Source: Bacteroidaceae bacterium
GTDB taxonomy: Bacteria; Bacillota_I; Bacilli_A; RFN20; CAG-826
Length of the DNA stretch: 64,000 nucleotides
Direction of reading: 5' to 3'
Assembly: GCA_963624045.1 (NCBI GenBank)
Contig: CAVFNI010000006.1
Coordinates: 6,166 to 70,165, forward strand
Below the pieces are notes generated by a model. The model did no database searches, was not told where the DNA came from, and worked only from the letters and a program-made list of their open reading frames with translations. Numbering within the stretch: the first letter of the stretch is position 1; each line of letters opens with the position of its first letter. Both the position numbers and the translations under genes were made by a program. Shown piece by piece: positions 57,657 to 64,000 of this stretch.

Positions 57657-57798
57657 TCCTCCTGCTTCAGGAGGTAAAAGAAACGTTTTGGCCTCTCTTA
57701 TCCGGACTTTACCGTTGGCATCGGAATTGCGCCGATTCATGCTTTCGCTTGCGGGCTATACCGCCAGTCGGCGTATCTAACGCCGCCCTGAAGCGAAC
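57657..57798 (-). ncRNA. FMN riboswitch (RFN element) with an RBS-sequestering helix.
   Basis: Minus strand: CGCUUCAGGGCGG.GUUAGAUACGCCGACUGGCGGUAUAGCCCGCAAGCGAAAG ... GCCAACGGUAAAGUCCGGAUAAGAGAGGC. This matches the conserved RFN halves of the B. subtilis ribD leader (GGGGCAGGGUGAAAUUCCCGACCGGCGGUAGUAAAGC / CCGACAGUGAAAGUCUGGAUGGGAGAAGG). It is followed by ACCUCCUG-aag-CAGGAGG, which pairs with the SD. A TATAAT -10 sits just upstream. Confidence 0.8.
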
Positions 57799-57835
57799 AA
57801 ATTATACGCCAATTGCCAACGCAAAAGAAAAGGAA

Positions 57836-58645
57836 TTAATCGCCGTTGGCAAACCCTTCAAAATATCTCTTAGCTTCTTCTTCGTTAGAAAAGGAAAGAA
57901 CCACGCGATTATTCTCAAGAGTGATTTTCTTCGGTTTGACATTGCCTTTTACAGGGCGCCCCGCCAAAGAACGAACCATCTCTTCGGTAGCGCGCACCGA
58001 TAATTTCTCTTCATGAATCCTTTTTGCCGCCAAGAGAATATCTTCTTGGCTAAGACAAAGCAAAGCGCGTGCGTGCCCAAAGCTCAATTCTCCCGATGAA
58101 ACTTCTTTGATAATCGAATCAGGCAAGGAAAGTAGCCGCATGGTATTTGTCACCTGACTACGTGATTCATGAGATATTCTAGCCAGGATTTGCTGGGAAT
58201 ATTGGAATTTCGTCGATAATGCATTATATATATAAGCCATTTCCAAAATGTTCGATTCGCGTTGATCGCGCGTATCGGCAAGCAGAATCAAAAGCATTTC
58301 TTCGTCCCCCATCGATGAAACGATCGTAGGAACCGTCTCTAGCCCCGCGGCTTTAGCGCCAAAATAACGTTTTCTTCCCAATATCAATTCGTAATGCGAA
58401 CCTTTTTCCCGCACCAAAATGGGGCTGAAAATACCTTTCTCACGAATGGATTTCCCTAACTCGTCCAAGCGATTTTTAGGGAAGTGAACCCTTTTGATAT
58501 AAGCGTTGTCATCGATAAGCGATAATGGCAGATTTTTGCTATTAAGCGATTGATATTCCCTTTCCATCTCGGCGATAACATCGAACTTGGAGAAACGAGA
58601 AACCAATTCCGAAAGTGAGGCTGATCGCTTTTTCTTAGCGTTCAT
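57836..58645 (-). CDS. parB: Chromosome partitioning protein ParB (Spo0J).
   Basis: ParB N-terminal motif GERRxRA-like (ILGRKRYFGAKAAG) and HTH. Confidence 0.85.
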   Translation of the reverse strand: MNAKKKRSASLSELVSRFSKFDVIAEMEREYQSLNSKNLPLSLIDDNAYIKRVHFPKNRLDELGKSIREKGIFSPILVREKGSHYELILGRKRYFGAKAAGLETVPTIVSSMGDEEMLLILLADTRDQRESNILEMAYIYNALSTKFQYSQQILARISHESRSQVTNTMRLLSLPDSIIKEVSSGELSFGHARALLCLSQEDILLAAKRIHEEKLSVRATEEMVRSLAGRPVKGNVKPKKITLENNRVVLSFSNEEEAKRYFEGFANGD

Positions 58646-59405
58646 GGTCGATGATTTCCTTAGCCAAAGACAAATAAGCGATCGCTCCTTGTGAGGAGGG
58701 GCGGAAAGAACAAACGGATAAACCGTGCATCGAAGCTTCGGGAATCGAAATGTTTCTAGGGATTACGACGTCGAAGGTGTTCTCTTTAAAAAGGCCTCGG
58801 ACTTCCCTGGCGATTTCCGTATCCAAAGAATTACGCGCGTCGTACATCGTCAATAAGAACCCTTCGATTTTAAGGGACGGATTGAAGTCGTTTTGAATCC
58901 TGTTGATAGAAGAAAGAATGGCAGCCACCCCTTCCATGGCGAAGAATTCGCATTGAACAGGGATAATAATGGAGGAGGATGCCGCTAAAGCGTTGATGTT
59001 AAGCAAGCCCAAAGAGGGGGGACAATCGATGATGATGTAATCATAATTATCGTCCATTTGCGACAAAACGTTCTTTAGCAAGAAGAAAGGTTTAACGATG
59101 CCTTTATTTTGAATGGCGATATCGAGATTGGCCAATTTTAGGTTGCTTGGCAAAATATCGAGATCCTTTTCTTTCGTCTCTCGCACCGCTAAATCAATCG
59201 ATATGTCCCCTAACAAAACGTCGTAAACGGTCTTGGGCAAGGAGAGAGCGTCGATTCCCAAACCGCGGGAAGCGTTGCCTTGAGAATCGAAATCGATAAG
59301 CAAAACGCGGCGCCCGCTTCGCGCCAAAGCGCTCGAGAGATTGATGGCGGTCGTCGTTTTGCCAACCCCGCCCTTTTGATTGGCGATGGAAATGATTTTG
59401 CTCAT
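58635..59405 (-). CDS. parA: Chromosome partitioning ATPase ParA (Soj).
   Basis: Deviant Walker A KGGVGKTT. 256 aa. Confidence 0.93.
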   Translation of the reverse strand: MSKIISIANQKGGVGKTTTAINLSSALARSGRRVLLIDFDSQGNASRGLGIDALSLPKTVYDVLLGDISIDLAVRETKEKDLDILPSNLKLANLDIAIQNKGIVKPFFLLKNVLSQMDDNYDYIIIDCPPSLGLLNINALAASSSIIIPVQCEFFAMEGVAAILSSINRIQNDFNPSLKIEGFLLTMYDARNSLDTEIAREVRGLFKENTFDVVIPRNISIPEASMHGLSVCSFRPSSQGAIAYLSLAKEIIDHER

Positions 59406-59450
59406 GTGGATTTATGGTATCACTCTTAAGAGCCTATAAAAAGGAAGCTT

Positions 59451-60149
59451 CTACAAAGGCTTTTTAAGAATTTCTGGATACGGCCTAGGGAAACGGTGCG
59501 GCGTCTCTTTTTCCTTTTGAAAAAGGAAGAGGCATCTTTCACCAGCGCCTTCGGGCAATTGATACACCTCTTTTTTTATAAGCTTTAAATTTAAAACGGC
59601 AATAGCCTTCTTAGCGGCGCATAACTCTTCGTCGCCATTGGCGCCTTTCAAAGCCAAGACGTATCCTCCCACGCGTGGCAAGGAGGCGCAGATTTCTAAA
59701 AGGATGGGCAAAGGTGCCACCGCCCTTGCAGTCACGATATCGAAACCGCCGGCTTTCTTAAAATTCTCCACTCGAGAATTAACCACATTAACATTATTAA
59801 GCGATAGTGCGTCTTTGACGTTAGATAAAAAATCGCATTTTTTCTTGGTGGCATCTAATAAAGTAATGTGCGCATCGGGCGAAAAGATAGCAAACGGAAT
59901 GCCGGGAAATCCAGCGCCAGAACCAAAATCTAAAACGTTCTTGTCACCAATTTCGATGCATTTTAAAGGATATAGCGAATCATAAAAATGTTTGATAAGT
60001 ATATCCGATTCCATAGTGATGGAGGTTAGATTGAATTGCCGGTTGCTAGTCAAAATCATCTCTTGATAGAGGCGTAATTTTTCTATCTTCGCCATATCGG
60101 CATTGGGCAAGAATTCTTTTAGCAACGAAAAGAGAGTTTCATAATTCAT
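59451..60149 (-). CDS. rsmG: 16S rRNA (guanine527-N7)-methyltransferase.
   Basis: SAM-binding motif DFGSGAGFPG. Sits immediately downstream of mnmG, the usual mnmG-rsmG arrangement. Confidence 0.9.
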   Translation of the reverse strand: MNYETLFSLLKEFLPNADMAKIEKLRLYQEMILTSNRQFNLTSITMESDILIKHFYDSLYPLKCIEIGDKNVLDFGSGAGFPGIPFAIFSPDAHITLLDATKKKCDFLSNVKDALSLNNVNVVNSRVENFKKAGGFDIVTARAVAPLPILLEICASLPRVGGYVLALKGANGDEELCAAKKAIAVLNLKLIKKEVYQLPEGAGERCLFLFQKEKETPHRFPRPYPEILKKPL

Positions 60150-62029
60150 AATTGCCCCCTCCTTTTTAGGTTCAGCAAAATGATCGCCACATCCGTCGGG
60201 TTGACGCCCGAAATGCGGGCCGCTTGGCCAATCGAAGAAGGGCGAATTTTATCTAACTTCTCCCGCGCCTCCAAACGCAGGCCGTCCATATGCAGGTAAT
60301 CGAAATCGGAAGGCAAGCGTACCTCTTCTCTTTTTTTCTCATCTAAAGCGTCTTTGGTAGCCAAGGCGATATATCCCTCGTACTTGATCACCGTTTCAAG
60401 TGTCAGCTTATCTTGTGCGGACAAAGCAAAAGATGTCAGTTCTGGCATATATTTTTCGATTTTTTCATATTCAACGAAGGGACGTTTCAACAATTCGAAA
60501 GCGTTATGCCCACTCGATATGTCATGATAACCAAGCGACGATAAATATTCGCCAATGCCACTTTTGGGGGAAATATTATGAGTCGAAAGGTATTCTTTGG
60601 CACCTTCGATTCTTTCTTTTCTCCTAAGGAAGCATCGATAACGATTTTCGTCGGCCAAACCGATTTCATGACTCTTTTCGGTCAAACGAAAATCGGCGTT
60701 ATCGTGACGAAGAAGCAAACGATATTCGGCCCTAGAAGAAAGAAGACGGTATGGCTCCTCCGCCCCTTTTGAGACAAGATCATCGATCATGACGCCGATA
60801 TAGGCCTCATCTCTTCTTAAAACAAACGGAGGCAGCCCATCGATATAGCGGGCAGCGTTAATGCCAGCCATGAGGCCTAGCGCAGCGGCCTCCTCATAGC
60901 CGCTAGTACCGCAGATCTGACCGGCCACGTATAGGCCTCTATATGTTTTAATGGCCAACGAAGAATCGAATTGGAAGGAAGCGAGGGCATCATATTCGAT
61001 TTGATAGGCGTCTTTTAGAATCGCCGCCTGTTCTAATCCAGGCAAAGTATGGACAAGCCGAACTTGCATATCATGGTCAAAACCAGTGCTAAATCCTTGT
61101 AAATAGATGGAGTCTCCATCTTCCGTTTCCGGCTCTAAAAAAAGCTGATGCCTTTCCTTATCGGGGAAGCGAAGGATCTTCGACTCAATCGAAGGGCAAT
61201 ACCGCGGCCCGCTCGATTGAATAAGACCATTGGTGACCGCGCTCTCGGGAAGATTTTCGAGAATCAGTTTCTTAGTGTTGTCATTCGTATAAATCAAATA
61301 GCAAGGAAGCTGTTTCTCTAGCGGAGTGAATTCTTTGGTTAGATATGAGAAAGCCAATTCGCCATCCATCCCGTTTTCAACCTTGGCCTTAGAAAAATCG
61401 ATGGTCTTTTTGCTAATACGTGGCGGAGTGCCCGTTTTCAAGCGGAAAAGAGCGATTCCCATCCTCTTTAAAGCGGCGCTTAATCCGATAGCCGAGGCTT
61501 CGCCATCAGGTCCGCCAGGCGTGCACGCATGTCCTTTAAGAATAGAACTTTCCATATAGGTGCCAGTGGTAAGAATGACCGCCTTGGCGCGAATCTCTTC
61601 ATCATTTTGAAGCCTGACGCCATGAACTTCGTTTTCATCGTATAGCAAATCGACAACCATGCCTTCGCGCACTTCGATATCGGAATGGTTGAAAATGATA
61701 TCTTGGACATGCCTAGGATAACCGATTTTATCGACTTGGGCGCGTAGGCACTGGACACCCGGGCCTTTGCGCGTGTTCAAAAACTTTATTTGCAAAGGAT
61801 GATGATCGGAGAGAATCCCCATCATTCCGCCTAAGGCATCGATTTCACGAACCACGATTCCCTTGGCGCTACCTCCGATATGCGGATTGCAAGGCGTATT
61901 GGCAATCATCTTCTTGTTCAAGGTCAATAAAAGAACCTTTTTGTGAAGATGAGACAAAGCGAAAGCGCTCTCTACTCCAGCGTGTCCTCCACCGACTACT
62001 ATCGCATCAAAATCGTAATTTCCCTGCAT
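60146..62029 (-). CDS. mnmG: tRNA uridine 5-carboxymethylaminomethyl modification enzyme MnmG (GidA).
   Basis: FAD motif VVGGGHAG. 627 aa. Confidence 0.95.
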   Translation of the reverse strand: MQGNYDFDAIVVGGGHAGVESAFALSHLHKKVLLLTLNKKMIANTPCNPHIGGSAKGIVVREIDALGGMMGILSDHHPLQIKFLNTRKGPGVQCLRAQVDKIGYPRHVQDIIFNHSDIEVREGMVVDLLYDENEVHGVRLQNDEEIRAKAVILTTGTYMESSILKGHACTPGGPDGEASAIGLSAALKRMGIALFRLKTGTPPRISKKTIDFSKAKVENGMDGELAFSYLTKEFTPLEKQLPCYLIYTNDNTKKLILENLPESAVTNGLIQSSGPRYCPSIESKILRFPDKERHQLFLEPETEDGDSIYLQGFSTGFDHDMQVRLVHTLPGLEQAAILKDAYQIEYDALASFQFDSSLAIKTYRGLYVAGQICGTSGYEEAAALGLMAGINAARYIDGLPPFVLRRDEAYIGVMIDDLVSKGAEEPYRLLSSRAEYRLLLRHDNADFRLTEKSHEIGLADENRYRCFLRRKERIEGAKEYLSTHNISPKSGIGEYLSSLGYHDISSGHNAFELLKRPFVEYEKIEKYMPELTSFALSAQDKLTLETVIKYEGYIALATKDALDEKKREEVRLPSDFDYLHMDGLRLEAREKLDKIRPSSIGQAARISGVNPTDVAIILLNLKRRGQL

Positions 62030-62033
62030 TTCC

Positions 62034-63443
62034 TTATCCGATTGAATTAGACATGTCGAGTTTTATCAAGCGATTTAATTCAATCGCGTATTCCATCGGC
62101 AATTCTTTGGCGAATGGTTCGATGAAACCCATGATGATGGAATTAGTAGCTTCTTCCTCGCTTAAACCGCGCGACATTAAATAAAATAATTGCTCCTCAT
62201 TTATCTTCGAGACGGTGGCTTCGTGCTCGATGAAGCTGCTGGCGTTATGAATTTCGTTTTTCGGATAGGTGTCGCTTTTGGACTTATCGTCGATGATAAG
62301 GGTATCGCATTCGACGTGCGAGTGGGCGTTTTCGGCGCCAGGAAGCATCCGCACCGTCCCGCGGTAATTGGCCACACCGCCATGTTTGCAAATCGATTTC
62401 GAGATGATATTGGAGGAAGTGTCTTTCCCCATATGGATCATTCTTGCACCATTATCTTGAAATTGATTATAACCGCCGACGGCGATCGAAATGACCGAGC
62501 CTTTGGCGCGCTCGCCTTTTAAGATACAAGCAGGGTATTTCATGTTCCTCATCGAACCGATGTTCCCGTCCACCCATTCCATCAAGGCATCATCTTCCAC
62601 CACCGCTCTTTGCGTGACTAAATTAACGATGTTACCCGACCAATTCTGCACAGTTGTATAACGGCATTTCGCCCGTGGTAAGACAATGATTTCCACCACC
62701 GCGGCATGCAAAGATTCTTTGCTATATATCGGAGCCGTGCACCCCTCGACATAATTGATCGAAGAATCTTCATCACAAATGATCAAAGAACGTTCGAATT
62801 GTCCGCTTTTTTCGTTGTTGATGCGGAAATAAGATTGCAAAGGCTTCTCAAGATGAACACCTTTAGGCACGTAAATGAAGGAACCGCCGCTCCAAACAGC
62901 GCCATTAAGGGCAGCGAATTTATTGTCGGTAAAAGGCACGACTGAACCGAAATATTTCCTGAATAGGTCGGGGAATAATTTGAGTCCCATGTCGGTCGAT
63001 AAGAAAATAACGCCTTTCTTTTCCACCTCTTCGAGCATGTTGTGGTAAACCACTTCTGATTCGTACTGCGTAGTAACTCCGGAAAGAAATTTCTGCTCGG
63101 CTTCGGGAATGCCGAGTTTGCTAAAGGTCTCTTTGACGGCATGAGGCACCTCGTCCCAGGATTGCGCCTCCGTTTGGGCCACTTTCGTATAATAGGTATA
63201 ACTATCAAAATCCAAAAACGAGAGATCGGGTCCATAAGAAGGCAAAGGCATCTTCAAAAAAGCCCGCAAAGCCTTCAAGCGATATTCGAGCATCCAATCT
63301 GGCTCCCCTTTTATCTTGGAAATTTCCCGGACGACCTGCTCATTAAGCCCTTTGCCGGTGCTATACAAACTTTTCTGATCGGTTTTAAAGTCGTACTTGT
63401 AATCGTCATTCAGAAAAGAGACGTCGCTATCGTTAATGCTCAT
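62034..63443 (-). CDS. sufB: Fe-S cluster assembly protein SufB.
   Basis: SufB/SufD beta-helix C-terminal region. Start at [11 protein letters not shown]. The ORF track begins 12 codons upstream. Confidence 0.9.
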   Translation of the reverse strand: MSINDSDVSFLNDDYKYDFKTDQKSLYSTGKGLNEQVVREISKIKGEPDWMLEYRLKALRAFLKMPLPSYGPDLSFLDFDSYTYYTKVAQTEAQSWDEVPHAVKETFSKLGIPEAEQKFLSGVTTQYESEVVYHNMLEEVEKKGVIFLSTDMGLKLFPDLFRKYFGSVVPFTDNKFAALNGAVWSGGSFIYVPKGVHLEKPLQSYFRINNEKSGQFERSLIICDEDSSINYVEGCTAPIYSKESLHAAVVEIIVLPRAKCRYTTVQNWSGNIVNLVTQRAVVEDDALMEWVDGNIGSMRNMKYPACILKGERAKGSVISIAVGGYNQFQDNGARMIHMGKDTSSNIISKSICKHGGVANYRGTVRMLPGAENAHSHVECDTLIIDDKSKSDTYPKNEIHNASSFIEHEATVSKINEEQLFYLMSRGLSEEEATNSIIMGFIEPFAKELPMEYAIELNRLIKLDMSNSIG

Positions 63444-63885
63444 GGCTCTCCTCCTTAAGCAATAATTCGCGCATGGCATCCCAACCCATCGTGGCGCAAT
63501 GAACCCTGGCGGCTTGCTTGCCGGTGTTTATAAAAACGATAGCTTCGTCAAGCACAGTTTCGTCGAATGGTTTCTCGGAAATCATCAAGAGATATTGTTC
63601 GATCAAATACAAGCCTTCTTTGGCGTCCATGCCAATAAGGCGATCGCACATGATATCCGTTGAAGCGCTGGAGATAGTACAAGCGACGCCTTCCCATCTA
63701 GCATCGACGACTTTGTCGTTTTGATATTTCAAATAGACGTCGAAAGAATCGATGCAATTAACGCTGTCGGTATGGACGGAAATATATTCGCTCCCATTGG
63801 TAGGCTTACCTTTATGACGAGGCGAAGAATAATGGTCCATAATGATTTCACGCATGATTTGCGGGGTTATTTCAAAAATAGGCAT
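63433..63885 (-). CDS. sufU: SUF-system Fe-S assembly scaffold SufU (NifU/IscU-like).
   Basis: 150 aa with three conserved Cys (NCID, GVACT, VHCA). Confidence 0.85.
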   Translation of the reverse strand: MPIFEITPQIMREIIMDHYSSPRHKGKPTNGSEYISVHTDSVNCIDSFDVYLKYQNDKVVDARWEGVACTISSASTDIMCDRLIGMDAKEGLYLIEQYLLMISEKPFDETVLDEAIVFINTGKQAARVHCATMGWDAMRELLLKEESHEH

Positions 63886-64000
63886 CGAGGAATTCCTTTC
63901 CGTGCTTCACAGCATCAACCAATTCATCAATCTCTTCATAGGTGGTATAAAAATAGAAACTCGCGCGGACAGTCGCTGGCGTCCCTAAAAAATCGGTGAG
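63872..64000 (-). CDS. sufS: Cysteine desulfurase SufS, C-terminal end. The gene continues beyond the window.
   Basis: Reverse-complement translation ...[33 protein letters not shown] matches a typical SufS C-terminus. Its stop overlaps the sufU start. Confidence 0.7.
   Translation of the reverse strand, partial: LTDFLGTPATVRASFYFYTTYEEIDELVDAVKHGKEFLDAYF

Noticed and set aside
57836-59405. parS site (TGTTTCACGTGAAACA) in or near parAB.
   Set aside because: Not found by eye in the window. It may lie outside or be divergent.
1-64000. CRISPR arrays, transposases, integrases, prophage genes.
   Set aside because: No spacer-repeat periodicity or mobile-element genes were seen. The window looks like conserved core chromosome.

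Overview
This 64-kb window reads as core chromosome of a moderate-GC (about 45%) Firmicutes-type bacterium, probably Bacilli or Erysipelotrichia-like. Gene order matches several Bacillus subtilis neighbourhoods: pgsA-cinA-recA-(rny), gpsB-rnpB, recU...nth-dnaD, miaB(ymcB)-ymcA, and parAB-rsmG-mnmG next to a suf operon. The window contains a purine/pyrimidine salvage cluster (guaB, prs, hpt, upp plus a uracil permease, a PbuG-like permease, guaA). It also holds a 7TMR-DISM/LytS-type two-component system flanked by an FAD-dependent oxidoreductase and a large DUF898-repeat membrane protein. Translation and RNA genes include argS, ychF, der, rsmG, mnmG, miaA, miaB, tcdA, rnpB and a partial tRNA-Val. 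The suspected operon (34-nt gap, shared strand) is two CNNM/CorC proteins plus two fused MacB-like ABC ATPase-permeases; immediately upstream, separated from it by an intrinsic terminator, is an 828-aa surface lipoprotein whose promoter region carries a C8/G8 homopolymer. RNA elements I can support from the sequence are a type-B RNase P RNA, an FMN riboswitch with an RBS-sequestering helix upstream of an ECF RibU-like gene, a purine-riboswitch-like aptamer with terminator upstream of the PbuG-like permease, an attenuator-like leader on the uracil permease-upp operon, and many intrinsic terminators. No transposases, integrases, CRISPR arrays or recognisable defence islands were seen, and the disrupted EamA gene and the 206-aa nucleotidyltransferase (NTase) may reflect gene decay. 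The most unusual items are a MiaB protein carrying a YmcA/YlbF (Ric)-like C-terminal extension, a 206-aa head-and-neck-only class-II nucleotidyltransferase, a probable phase-variable lipoprotein promoter, an EamA-type transporter gene broken into three ORFs, and a near-identical 71-bp intragenic repeat inside the DUF898 gene.
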